From: an uncultured Veillonellaceae bacterium
Lineage (GTDB): Bacteria; Bacillota; Negativicutes; Selenomonadales; Selenomonadaceae
Assembly (NCBI GenBank): GCA_902773295.1
Contig: CACYDT010000106.1
Coordinates: 4,028 to 68,027 of the forward strand
DNA: 64,000 nucleotides
Direction: 5' to 3'
Position 1 is the stretch's first letter. Every line of letters starts with the position of its first letter. The notes beneath the pieces are model-generated. The model worked only from the letters and a program-made list of their open reading frames with translations. It was not told the origin of the DNA and ran no database searches. Below are positions 23,417 to 32,700 of the stretch, in pieces. The translations under genes were made by a program, and so were the position numbers.

Positions 23417-26278
23417 ATGAAGATTACAGCTTGTTATATCGTGAAGAATGAGGGACGTAATCTCGGGAGAAGCATTTCCTCTTTGAAGGAACAGGTGGAC
23501 GAGATTATTGTAGTGGACACGGGTTCTGCAGATGATACAACGTTGATTGCCGAAAGGCATGGGGCTTGCGTCTATGAGTTTCCATGGAGGGATGATTTCT
23601 CCATGGCTCGCAATTTCGCTTTGGGCAAAGTGCAGGCAGCCTGGGTTGTGTTTCCCGATGGGGATGAATATTTTTCTCCCGCAACCGCAGGGAATCTGCG
23701 GCGTGTCATTCAGGAAGCCGATGATCGAGGAAAAGATCTTCTGCTGGTTCCGTGGCATAACATCGATGAGATTTCCGAAAAGGTTCTTTTGGATTCTTAT
23801 GCCCCGAGAATTTTTCGCTGCCGTCCGGAATTCCGGTATGAAGGCCGTATTCATGAGGAACTTCGGAACTGCGGGCATGCGATGGAAAACATCGGGATTG
23901 TTTCGCCCGAGGAGCTTGTCCTGGTGCATACGGGTTACTCGGCAGAGGTTTCCAAGGAGAAGGCTGAACGTAATGCAAGGCTTCTGTTGCAGGAACTGGA
24001 GGAAACGAAGGAGCCAGGAAATCTTTATATGTATCTGGCAGAGTCTTATGATGGTTTGGGGGATGCTTCGCAGGCCGTGAAATATGCAAGGATGGATATA
24101 GCCATGGGGCGCAGGAACGTCGTGTATGCCAGCCGATCCTGGAGGATCCTGCTTCGCTATCTGGCATCGGATCCCTCTGCCCGGGAGGAGCGGCTTGCCT
24201 TTGCGGGGAGGGCTGTGAGGGATTTCCCGGAATTGCCGGAATTCCATGCGGAGTATGCGGAATGCCTGGCAGAAAACTTGGATTTTTCCGGGGCTGTACG
24301 GGAGGCGGGGCTTGCAGGAAGGGCGTTCCTGCAAAGCCGGGGAAAAAACGGCATCGAGCCTGTGATGTTTGACGGGCGTATGCTTGAGGATCTGGAACGG
24401 AGATGCGAGGGGTGGAAAAGAATTTCAGTGCGTTCCCAAGAACTTCGGGTGACTTCCTGCCTCATCGTCCGGAATGCGGAAAGGGATATGGGTTCCTGGC
24501 TGGAGAATACCATGCGATTTTCTGAGGAACGCATTGTAGTGGATACGGGGTCGGAGGACAGGACGCGGGACATGGCAGTTTCTGCGGGATGCACGGTGCA
24601 GGAATTTTCATGGACCCAAGATTTTTCGGCGGCGAGGAATGCGGCTCTTTCCCATGCGACGGGGGACTGGATTTCCGTGATGGATGCCGATGAGGCTTAT
24701 GAGAAGCCGGAGCAGGTGAAGCCTTTCCTTGCATGGATCGAAGAACGGCATCCGGAGGCAGAGGCGGTGATTGTCCCGTTGGTGAACGTGGATGAGGATG
24801 CAGCGGACAGGGAGATGGGCCGGGACATGGTCCTGCGTTTTGTCAGGAATGGGAGAGGGCTTCGCTATGAGGGCAATGTCCATGAGCAGCTTTGCCGTTT
24901 TGATGGCAGCGAGCCATGTATCTTCCAGGAGCGTCAGAGAGCGCTTCTGCGCCATTGGGGTTATTCATCGAGGCGGGTGTTTGCCAAAGCGCAGAGGAAT
25001 TTGGAACTGTTGGAGGAGGACATTGCCCTGCATGGGGAGGGGCCGCGCCATTACCGTTATCTCGCGGACTGTTTCAGTACCTTGGGGAATTGGGAAAAGA
25101 CGGCTTTCTATGCGCGGAAGGCCATAGCGGCTCCGCTTCAATCCGTGGTTCCGGATAGCAGGATGCAGCATCTTTTGCTGGCAGCACTGCGGAAACTGGA
25201 TGCTCCGTTTTCCGAACAGGAAGAGGCGGCGAGGGAAATGTGCAACGCATTTCCGGAGAAGCCGGAATTCCCGGGGTTGTTGGGGATCCTTCTGGCGGAA
25301 CAGGGAAAGGAGAAGGAGGCTGTTCCTCTTCTCGAGACAGCTCTGGAATTGGCGGAACAGGCTGATGCCAAAGGGCTTCCAACTGATTTTTCCGATGATG
25401 TGGGAACGGTTTGCGCATGGCTGGCATTGGCCTATGAGAACTGCGGCAGAAAGGAAGAGGGAGGTGTCCTGTTGGAGAAGGCTCTGCGTTTCTCCCCACA
25501 GGAAGATGATGTTTTGAATGCGGCACGGGAGATCAAGAAAGGACTCTTTCCGGAGGAGTTCTTTCGCTGGCTGGCAGAGTGGATTCCGGATTCCGTGGAG
25601 TCGGCACTCTTTCTTGCCAGATGGGCGGAGCGCAACGGTCATGCGGATCTTCTGTCGCATGTGCGGGGACAGATGGACGGGGTCTATCATCGGAGCTTGC
25701 CCAGGGAAGATTTCTATGAGGAAGCATTTGCAGGGCGGGCAGAGCCGCTGGGTGAGAAGGCAACGGCGGGATTGGTGCAGGATATTCCTTTCCTTCTCAA
25801 GGCCATGCTTCTGGTGGAACAGGAAAAGGAGCCCGGATGGCAGGATCTCCTGCGGCAGTGCCGGGAAGTCCTGCCGGATGCCTTGCGGAATGCCTGGCTT
25901 GCCTTTGAGGGGCAGCAGGAATCTTTTTCGGAAGAAGGCTTCCGGATTTTCTGGCCTATCGTGAGGAATACCGGAGACCATGTCCAGAAGGAACGTTTCG
26001 CCATGCTTTCTTTTGGATTGGGGGAGCATGTCTGGCGGCCGCTTGCGGCAGAGCTTATGGCAGACGGATCATGGGAGGCGGCATTCGCCCTGTTTGGCAG
26101 GATTCCTGCGGATTCTCCGCAGGCAGATGGGACATTCTGGCATGATTTGGGAGTGTGTCTCTGGCATATGGGCGAAGGGGCTTTTGCAGAATGTTTTGAG
26201 CGGGCGCGCTCTCTTGGATGTGATAGGAAGGACATGGAAGCTTTTGAGCAATGGCGAAGGGAGGATGGCCTGCAATGA
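23417..26278 (+). CDS. Double GT2-domain glycosyltransferase with TPR-like helical regions (953 aa)
   Basis: Two copies of the GT2 pattern: C(Y/L)IV(K/R)NE...VVDTGS.D.T...A...G..V.EF.W..DF..ARN.A......W....DADE (residues 1-230 and about 352-560). Each is followed by helical repeat segments. Confidence 0.8.
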   Translation: MKITACYIVKNEGRNLGRSISSLKEQVDEIIVVDTGSADDTTLIAERHGACVYEFPWRDDFSMARNFALGKVQAAWVVFPDGDEYFSPATAGNLRRVIQEADDRGKDLLLVPWHNIDEISEKVLLDSYAPRIFRCRPEFRYEGRIHEELRNCGHAMENIGIVSPEELVLVHTGYSAEVSKEKAERNARLLLQELEETKEPGNLYMYLAESYDGLGDASQAVKYARMDIAMGRRNVVYASRSWRILLRYLASDPSAREERLAFAGRAVRDFPELPEFHAEYAECLAENLDFSGAVREAGLAGRAFLQSRGKNGIEPVMFDGRMLEDLERRCEGWKRISVRSQELRVTSCLIVRNAERDMGSWLENTMRFSEERIVVDTGSEDRTRDMAVSAGCTVQEFSWTQDFSAARNAALSHATGDWISVMDADEAYEKPEQVKPFLAWIEERHPEAEAVIVPLVNVDEDAADREMGRDMVLRFVRNGRGLRYEGNVHEQLCRFDGSEPCIFQERQRALLRHWGYSSRRVFAKAQRNLELLEEDIALHGEGPRHYRYLADCFSTLGNWEKTAFYARKAIAAPLQSVVPDSRMQHLLLAALRKLDAPFSEQEEAAREMCNAFPEKPEFPGLLGILLAEQGKEKEAVPLLETALELAEQADAKGLPTDFSDDVGTVCAWLALAYENCGRKEEGGVLLEKALRFSPQEDDVLNAAREIKKGLFPEEFFRWLAEWIPDSVESALFLARWAERNGHADLLSHVRGQMDGVYHRSLPREDFYEEAFAGRAEPLGEKATAGLVQDIPFLLKAMLLVEQEKEPGWQDLLRQCREVLPDALRNAWLAFEGQQESFSEEGFRIFWPIVRNTGDHVQKERFAMLSFGLGEHVWRPLAAELMADGSWEAAFALFGRIPADSPQADGTFWHDLGVCLWHMGEGAFAECFERARSLGCDRKDMEAFEQWRREDGLQ

Positions 26279-27786
26279 CGGGAATCTCTGCCTGTGTGAT
26301 CGTACGGGATGAGGAAAGGAACCTGCCACAGTGGCTCCGGTGTGTGAAGGGGCTGGCAGATGAGATGGTCGTGGTGGATACGGGCTCCAAAGACAATACG
26401 GTGGAGATCGCGCGGCAAGGCGGCGCCCGGGTGGAGCATTTTGCATGGTGCGATGACTTCGGGGCAGCGAAGAACTATGCGCTGGATTGCTGCAAGGGAG
26501 CATGGGTCGTTATGCTGGATGCGGATGAGTATTTCCCGGAGAAGGATCTTCCGAAAGTCCGAGGTCTCATAGAAGCCCATGGGAAGGATCCGGAGGTTCT
26601 GGGATTTCTGTTCCAACGCATCAATATCGACCGGGACAACCAGGGGGCATATCTGGACAGCGGGCCGCAGATCCGCGTGTTTCGGAATCTGCCGGAACTC
26701 CGCTATCACGGGCGCATCCATGAGAATCTGCGCTATGAAGGGCAGGGGAAGGGCACAATGGCCTTTTTCCCCGATGCGGTCATCTACCATACGGGGTATT
26801 CCTCCAGTCTTCGGAGAGAGAAGAACCTCCGAAATCTTGCCATACTGGAAAAAGAAGAAGCAGAGGGGCGAGGGGAAGGGATGGAGTTCTACCTGGCCGA
26901 TTGCCACTACGGCCTTGGGAATTATGCAGAGGCCGCCAGATATGCGGAGCGGGGCATTCGGAAAGGCTTGGCCGTGGCCGTCGGGGATGATTGCCGTCCC
27001 TACCAGATCTGGATTGAGAGCCTGATGCTGACGGGAAAATCCCGGGAAGAAATCCTTGCCGCCGTGGAAAAGGCGAAGTCGGTGCATCCGGAGTCAGCAC
27101 GGTTTGATTTCCTTGCGGGCTTCGACGCATGGGAACGGAGGGACTATCTGGCGGCAGAGGAATCTTTCCGCAGGGGCATTGCCCTTGTCGAAGAACAGAA
27201 GGAAAGCAACCCTCTCGCCGGAACGGGACAGGAAAAGTATCTGGCGGATGCCTGCTGCAAGCTGGCCCGGATGGCCAAATGGCGCGGGAAAGAGAAGATG
27301 GCTATGGACTGGGCCTATCGTGCGATCAAGGAAGAACGCTATAATCCCCGTGTCCTGCGCATGTTTCTGGAATGCATGGGAGAACAACCGCCGGCAGATG
27401 CCATTGCTGTCCTGAACAGCATCTATGACAGCAAAGGGGATGCACCCTTCCTCGCGCGGAACCTGGGCCGGGTTTCCGAGAGGCAGATGTGCTTGTATTA
27501 CAGGAAGCAAGCGCGGATGGAGCCGGGGGAGGCAGAGGCATACTGGCTGGCGGGAAAGTCCATGGCAGCGGCGGCTTTCCTGGCAGAGGAAATGGATGCC
27601 CTGTACCGGCTGGGGATCTGGTCGGCGGGGCAGTCCGGGAAACTGCCGAAAGAATGGGAACTTTTGTTGCCCGAGAATTATCGAAAGGCGGCAGAGGGAG
27701 TGGCACAGACACCGAAACAGGCGAACTTTTTGCGGCGAATAAAAGGATTGGAACAAACGATTCGGAAAGTGGAGAAAAACTCATGA
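26275..27786 (+). CDS. GT2 glycosyltransferase with C-terminal TPR-like region
   Basis: ISACVIVRDEERNLPQWL...VVVDTGSKDNTVEIA...FAWCDDFGAAKNYAL...MLDADEYF. ATGA overlap with the previous gene. The start at 26275 lies inside listed ORF 26251. Confidence 0.8.
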   Translation: MTGISACVIVRDEERNLPQWLRCVKGLADEMVVVDTGSKDNTVEIARQGGARVEHFAWCDDFGAAKNYALDCCKGAWVVMLDADEYFPEKDLPKVRGLIEAHGKDPEVLGFLFQRINIDRDNQGAYLDSGPQIRVFRNLPELRYHGRIHENLRYEGQGKGTMAFFPDAVIYHTGYSSSLRREKNLRNLAILEKEEAEGRGEGMEFYLADCHYGLGNYAEAARYAERGIRKGLAVAVGDDCRPYQIWIESLMLTGKSREEILAAVEKAKSVHPESARFDFLAGFDAWERRDYLAAEESFRRGIALVEEQKESNPLAGTGQEKYLADACCKLARMAKWRGKEKMAMDWAYRAIKEERYNPRVLRMFLECMGEQPPADAIAVLNSIYDSKGDAPFLARNLGRVSERQMCLYYRKQARMEPGEAEAYWLAGKSMAAAAFLAEEMDALYRLGIWSAGQSGKLPKEWELLLPENYRKAAEGVAQTPKQANFLRRIKGLEQTIRKVEKNS

Positions 27787-30107
27787 GCGTGCAGGAAAAA
27801 GAAAGAGAACAGATGCGTAGTGTGCCTACAACATTTTTTCATCGATGGCGCAGGCGGGAACAGAAAAAAATACGCATAGGATATTTGTCGCCGTATTTTT
27901 GCAATCATGAGATGCTTCGCTTCCTTTATGTGTTTCTGGCGATATATAACAAAGCGCGTTTTGAGGTTTTTGCATACATGAGCGGCCGTGGAGATGGGGT
28001 GAGCTGCCATCTCATGGATCTTGTGGATGGATGGCGGGATGTCAGCCGTTGCAGCCCTTCCGAGGCCGCCAGGGTGATCTATGAGGACAGGATTGACATT
28101 CTGGTAGAGCTTTCCGGCCATACAGAGGGGAGCTGTCTGCCGATTCTCGCATACAGACCGGCTCCTGTCCAGATTTCCAGCATCGGCTATTTTGCTTCGA
28201 CAGGGCTTTCCACAGTGGATTATTTCCTCGGCGATTCCTTCCTCGATGACGCGGAGCTGATATCCATTCTGCGCCGGAACCTTCGATCCATCATGGAAAA
28301 ATCCCACCTGATGGATTGCAAAGGTTATATGAAAGCTTTGGAACAAGGCTATGAAAGGATTTGGGAGAAATTCCTGGCAGAGCAGAAGCCGCCTTCGATG
28401 CGGGATGCGGTTCGTCTGGTTCCGGTGATGGACAAGCTCCTGAAAGCAAGGGAAAAGGAGCAGGCACTTGCGGTGGCCGACGAGATTTTGGCGGCGCGTC
28501 CTCTCTCTCGGGATATTGGGGAGAAACTGGCAGCCCTCTATTTGGACGAGAAGGAAACAGAGCATGCTGCGGGAGCGGTGGGGCTGTTGCCGCAGGATTA
28601 TCCTCTGGGGCAATTCCTGCGGGCTAAACTGCTTTTTTTGCAGGAGAATCTGGCCGGTTCGGAGAAGCTTTGCCTGACCATCGCGGAAAACGGTGGTTTG
28701 CCCAGTCCTTGGGGTGGCGTGGAACAGCAGCTTTTGGCAGAGATTTACAAGAGAGAAGGGGAGATGGAGAAGGCTGCCCGGGCATATCTTGCTGCCAGTC
28801 GGGATAAGAACAGCGTGTCCTTGGGAAACCGTATGGCTCAGTACGGCAATTATCTTCTGATGCTCCATTTCCTTCCGCATTCGGGGGAGTTCATCTATCG
28901 GGAAAGCTGCCGTGCCGAGGAATATGTGCGGGATGTTCCCGTTTTCTCCCATGTACATCGGAAGACTCATCAAAAATTGCGGATTGGCTATCTTTCCCCG
29001 GATTTTCGCCGGCATGTGGTGGCATGTTTCAGCCAGGCGTTTTTTCAGGCGGCAGATCATGGCAGTTTTCAAGTCTATGGTTATGCCACTTGTCCGGAGG
29101 ACGATGTGAGCAGGAGGCTGTCGGATGCGGCGGATGGATGGAGAAATCTGCGCAGTTTGGCGCCGGAGAAGGCCGCACGGATCATCTATGAGGATGAAAT
29201 CGATATCCTTGTCCATCTTGCGGGACATACAGGGGACAGTTCGTTGCAGATTATGGCGCATCGCCCGGCACCCATCCAGGTCTGCGGCATCGGGTATTTT
29301 TCAACGACAGGGCTTTCCTGCATGGATTATTTCCTGGTGGATCGATATACGGCGCCTGCAGGGGAGGAGGTATTTTTCACGGAGCAACTGCTGCGCCTTC
29401 CCCATAGCCATTTTTGCTATAAGCAGGTGGTGGAAGTTCCGGAGGTGCAGGAGCATCTCCCCTTTGAGGAGAACGGCTATATTACCTTTGGCAGCATGAA
29501 CAACGTGAACAAGGTCAGTAACGAAACCCTGGAGGCATGGGGACGCATCATGTCTGCCCTGTCCGATGCCAAGCTGTATTTGAAGCACGGGATGCTGGAT
29601 CGTCCCACAAGGAGGGAGAAGGAATTAGAACGGCTGGCGAGCGTTGGCATCGAGGCATCCCGTGTCATCATGGAGGGGTTCAGCGTCAACTATCTTGGGG
29701 AATACCGTCGCATGGACATTGCCTTGGATACCTTCCCCTATCCGGGCGGCGGGACTACCTGCGATGCCCTTTATATGGGAGTTCCCGTCATCACGCTTGC
29801 AGGCAATAGCAATCACGAGAGGTTTGGATTGAGCATTCTCTCGAATCTCGGCATGGAAGAGCTTTGCGGCAGAACGACGGAGGAGTATGTAGCTCGTGCC
29901 GTGGCACTGGCGCAGGATCGGGAATTGCTGTGCCTGTTGCACCGGGAACTCCGGGGGATTATGGAGAAAAGTCCCGTTATGCATTCCAGAGGATACATGA
30001 AAGATTTGGAGCGCTCCTATGAGGAAATTTGGGCGCGATATGAAAAAGATGGGAATGACGGCAGGAAAAGGGAAAATCATGTCGTATCTAGAGTAAAAGA
30101 ACGATAA
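27783..30107 (+). CDS. Fusion of a truncated GT41 N-lobe, a TPR region and a complete GT41 glycosyltransferase
   Basis: The start at 27783 has an ATGA overlap. The first KIRIGYLSPYF...APVQISSIGYF...VDYFLGD segment jumps straight to a tail (LRRNLRSIMEKSHLMDCKGYMKALEQGYERIW). A complete second copy carries LRLPHSHFCY and FPYPGGGTTCDALYMGVPV. Confidence 0.75.
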   Translation: MSVQEKEREQMRSVPTTFFHRWRRREQKKIRIGYLSPYFCNHEMLRFLYVFLAIYNKARFEVFAYMSGRGDGVSCHLMDLVDGWRDVSRCSPSEAARVIYEDRIDILVELSGHTEGSCLPILAYRPAPVQISSIGYFASTGLSTVDYFLGDSFLDDAELISILRRNLRSIMEKSHLMDCKGYMKALEQGYERIWEKFLAEQKPPSMRDAVRLVPVMDKLLKAREKEQALAVADEILAARPLSRDIGEKLAALYLDEKETEHAAGAVGLLPQDYPLGQFLRAKLLFLQENLAGSEKLCLTIAENGGLPSPWGGVEQQLLAEIYKREGEMEKAARAYLAASRDKNSVSLGNRMAQYGNYLLMLHFLPHSGEFIYRESCRAEEYVRDVPVFSHVHRKTHQKLRIGYLSPDFRRHVVACFSQAFFQAADHGSFQVYGYATCPEDDVSRRLSDAADGWRNLRSLAPEKAARIIYEDEIDILVHLAGHTGDSSLQIMAHRPAPIQVCGIGYFSTTGLSCMDYFLVDRYTAPAGEEVFFTEQLLRLPHSHFCYKQVVEVPEVQEHLPFEENGYITFGSMNNVNKVSNETLEAWGRIMSALSDAKLYLKHGMLDRPTRREKELERLASVGIEASRVIMEGFSVNYLGEYRRMDIALDTFPYPGGGTTCDALYMGVPVITLAGNSNHERFGLSILSNLGMEELCGRTTEEYVARAVALAQDRELLCLLHRELRGIMEKSPVMHSRGYMKDLERSYEEIWARYEKDGNDGRKRENHVVSRVKER

Positions 30108-30134
30108 TTGAAACATCAGGGGGCGCGAGTGGAT

Positions 30135-30947
30135 ATGATGGAACAGAGAGGGATAGCATTGGAACGGAAGGTCAGGGAGCAACTGGCTGCGAGGGATTAC
30201 GCAGGGATATTGGACACCTTAGCCGCAATGGCGGAGGCTAAGATTTACAGTCCGGAAGCGTTTTATGCGGGCGCGTATGCCTATTTCATGCAGGGGGATT
30301 ATCAAAGAGCCGCAACCTGGGTCAATAATACACTGACCTATGCGCCGGGGCATGTACCGGCGCGTATCCTGCTGGCAAGACTTTGCATCTTGGAGGATCG
30401 CACGGCAGAGGCGCTGTCCGTCCTGGATGTTCTCTTGGAGATGGGAAACATTGAGGAAAGGGAAAGAGCCGAGATTCGTGAGATTGCAGGATACTATGGA
30501 CGTACGAAGAGAGACATGGTTTGCCGGGATTATCCCCATATTGCTGCTTTTTTGCAATTGGAGGCAAGTGCAGGACATGGCTCTGTTGAAAGACGGAGTC
30601 CCGAAAGAAAGACAGAGGCGCCTTCTGCAGCAATCCCCGGAGACGGGGCAATGGAGGTGGCTCGCCGGAAGGTGGAAGAAGTCCTGGGGATGGTATGTTC
30701 CGCGAAGGAAAAGGTGCAAGTTCTTTGCTCCTTTGCAGGAGCGTGGTACTTTGAGGGAGATTTCGGGGCTGCAGAGATAGCATTGAAGGCGGCAGGACGC
30801 ATTGACAGCGATGCTCCAGAGGTGTTCCGGGGGCTGGCGCTTGTGGCTGCGGAATCCGGTGATATGGACAAGGCCGTGCAATATGCCTCCCATATCCGCC
30901 CGACGGACTTCCTGCTCTTGCGTACCATCAAGGAAGCAAAAAAATGA
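30135..30947 (+). CDS. TPR-repeat protein
   Basis: Repeated A..Y...GDY..A motifs (FYAGAYAYFMQGDYQRAATWVNNTLTYAP; AGAWYFEGDFGAAEIALK). Start uncertain (TTG 30108 or ATG 30135). Confidence 0.6.
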   Translation: MMEQRGIALERKVREQLAARDYAGILDTLAAMAEAKIYSPEAFYAGAYAYFMQGDYQRAATWVNNTLTYAPGHVPARILLARLCILEDRTAEALSVLDVLLEMGNIEERERAEIREIAGYYGRTKRDMVCRDYPHIAAFLQLEASAGHGSVERRSPERKTEAPSAAIPGDGAMEVARRKVEEVLGMVCSAKEKVQVLCSFAGAWYFEGDFGAAEIALKAAGRIDSDAPEVFRGLALVAAESGDMDKAVQYASHIRPTDFLLLRTIKEAKK

Positions 30948-30979
30948 GGCGGATTTTGAATTTTTTTTGAAAAAGCGCT

Positions 30980-31005
30980 TAAGTTTTTTGGAAAACCGAC
31001 GATAT
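30980..31005 (+). promoter_or_regulatory. Sigma-28-type promoter, distal copy, upstream of flagellin 2: TAAG-N14-GACGATAT
   Basis: cgcTTAAGttttttggaaaaccGACGATATaaata. Part of a unit of about 70 nt duplicated at 31085-31150. Confidence 0.6.
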
Positions 31006-31116
31006 AAATAGCAGAGAAGTGGTCAAGCGGGAAGCAAATCGGGAGAAAAGAGGTTTCCTGCATGTCGTCAGAGGTTCCGGAAAACGAAAAAAATGAAAGT
31101 TTTTTTGAAAAAACGC

Positions 31117-31142
31117 TTAAGTTTTTCGGAAAACCAACGATA
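31117..31142 (+). promoter_or_regulatory. Sigma-28-type promoter, proximal copy, upstream of flagellin 2: TAAG-N14-AACGATAT
   Basis: cgcTTAAGtttttcggaaaaccAACGATATatata, about 160 nt upstream of the flagellin 2 start. Confidence 0.65.
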
Positions 31143-31191
31143 TATATAACAAGAAAGAGGTAATATGCAAGTAGGCGGAGGCACCGTGAGG

Positions 31192-31229
31192 TCAGCTAGC
31201 AGCCTGAAGGATGAGGAAGCGTGCTTGCT
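31192..31229 (+). promoter_or_regulatory. Candidate CsrA-binding hairpin in the flagellin 2 leader
   Basis: Stem cagctagc / gcttgctg (one mismatch). The loop contains AAGGAUGAGGAAG, with two GGA motifs. Confidence 0.4.
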
Positions 31230-31285
31230 GTTATATCATCAAAAACGGTCATGGATGGCCGTTAGGAATAAACAACTGAAGAGAT

Positions 31286-31295
31286 CAGGGAGGAA
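31286..31295 (+). promoter_or_regulatory. Shine-Dalgarno of flagellin 2, also a candidate second CsrA site
   Basis: CAGGGAGGAA 7 nt upstream of the ATG at 31302. Confidence 0.5.
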
Positions 31296-31301
31296 TTTAT
31301 C

Positions 31302-32618
31302 ATGGCAATGGTAGTAAAGAACAACATGTCGGCAGTCAGCACTCTGAACACGTTGAATAGGAACTCGGCAGCTCTCACGAAGAGCCTTGCGAAAGTGTCC
31401 TCCGGCATGCGCGTCAACGGCGCTGCGGATGATGCTTCCGGATATGCAATTTCCGAGCGTATGCGCGTTCAGATCCGGTCCCTCGACCAGGACAACCGGA
31501 ATACCCAGAACGGCAGCAGCATGATGAAGGTTGCCGAAGGCGCTGTCAGCTCCACCGTTGAAATCCTGAAGACCTTGAAGGAAAAAGTCATCAACGCAGC
31601 GAACGATTCCAATACGGATGAGGATCGCCAGACGATCCAGAAAGAGCTCAACCAGTCTCTGGATCAGATTGACGACAATGCGAACATGACCTACAACGGC
31701 AAGTATCTGGTGGATGGCACGAAGAACAACAAGACGGCAGTTACCTGTACTCATTTGACGAACTTGAGCATGTCCACGGACTCGAACGAGAGTACGGCAC
31801 TGACGTTGCTGAAGAATCGCACGGGTGACCAGCTCCATATCAAGGATACGGACAATGTGACGATTTCCTACGTGAATCAGGGCAAGACGTATACGACGAC
31901 GTTCTCGGTTGGCTCACAGAGTTTGAAAGATATCTTAGGTGTGACTGCTTCGTATGGAACGGAGACTTTCAAAGCTTCGTTCTCCTATTCGAACAACAAT
32001 ATCATCGGTACGGATGGTACGAATAATACCGTTTATACTGCGAACCGCGAGAACGGCATTACGCTTCAGAATGCGAGAACCGGCGTGGACAATCAGATTG
32101 CCGGTCTCACCATCAGTATTGCTGACAACACCGGTGCTATCAAGAAAGCTGCCAATGCTGCGTTGGATGCTTTCAGCGAGACCATTCGTGCGCAGAATGC
32201 ATCCGAGGACAATGCCCTTGTTTTCCAGACGGGCACGAAGGCAAATCAGGCTATCAAGGTCGGTCTCACGGATATGCGTACCGAGGCTCTCGGCCTGAAG
32301 GGTTCCGACGGCGTGAAGCTCAACATCAGCACTCAGAAGTTCGCGAATGCGGCCATCAACGTTCTGGACAATGCTCTCCAGAAAGCTCTCGACCAGCAGA
32401 CCACCATCGGTGCTGTCCAGAGCCGTATGGAGTACACCTCCAGCAACTTGGTAGCAGCATCGGAGAACGTGACGGCATCCGAGTCCACAATCCGCGATGC
32501 GGACATGGCAAAGGAAATGACGGAATACACGAAGAACAATGTTCTCCTGCAGGCCGCTCAGTCCATGCTGTCCCAGGCAAACCAGAACAGCTCTGCTGTC
32601 CTCAGCTTGCTCCAGTAA
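31302..32618 (+). CDS. fliC: Flagellin, copy 2 (438 aa)
   Basis: MAMVVKNNMSAVSTLNTLN... and ...DADMAKEMTEYTKNNVLLQAAQSMLSQANQNSSAVLSLLQ. The central domain is unrelated to copy 1. Confidence 0.95.
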   Translation: MAMVVKNNMSAVSTLNTLNRNSAALTKSLAKVSSGMRVNGAADDASGYAISERMRVQIRSLDQDNRNTQNGSSMMKVAEGAVSSTVEILKTLKEKVINAANDSNTDEDRQTIQKELNQSLDQIDDNANMTYNGKYLVDGTKNNKTAVTCTHLTNLSMSTDSNESTALTLLKNRTGDQLHIKDTDNVTISYVNQGKTYTTTFSVGSQSLKDILGVTASYGTETFKASFSYSNNNIIGTDGTNNTVYTANRENGITLQNARTGVDNQIAGLTISIADNTGAIKKAANAALDAFSETIRAQNASEDNALVFQTGTKANQAIKVGLTDMRTEALGLKGSDGVKLNISTQKFANAAINVLDNALQKALDQQTTIGAVQSRMEYTSSNLVAASENVTASESTIRDADMAKEMTEYTKNNVLLQAAQSMLSQANQNSSAVLSLLQ

Positions 32619-32641
32619 GATTTTCTCAGGCAGTTACCATG

Positions 32642-32667
32642 GCCCTCTCCTTCGGGAGAGGGCTTTT
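32642..32667 (+). terminator. Intrinsic terminator after flagellin 2
   Basis: gccctctcc ttcg ggagagggc tttt. Confidence 0.85.
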
Positions 32668-32700
32668 CCATTTGGCATTGATCAAGAAGGGGCGGTGGCG

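Noticed and set aside
27489-27782. 5' extension of the GT41 fusion ORF (listed start 27489). Similar extensions occur at 32539-32700, 43998-44027, 44747-44803 and 58364-58465.
   Set aside because: The extensions overlap the 3' ends of upstream genes. Better starts exist, with an SD or ATGA coupling, where the conserved family N-termini begin.
23171-29261. Series of long minus-strand ORFs (23171-24334, 24965-26029, 25714-27087, 27678-29261), plus similar ones at 7876-9177, 35376-36818, 38533-39627, 40657-41811, 48841-50001 and 60774-62123
   Set aside because: All are antisense to plus-strand genes with recognisable GT2, GT41, FliB, sulfatase-fold or Ppd motifs. Their translations are dominated by R/H/P/L/S runs.
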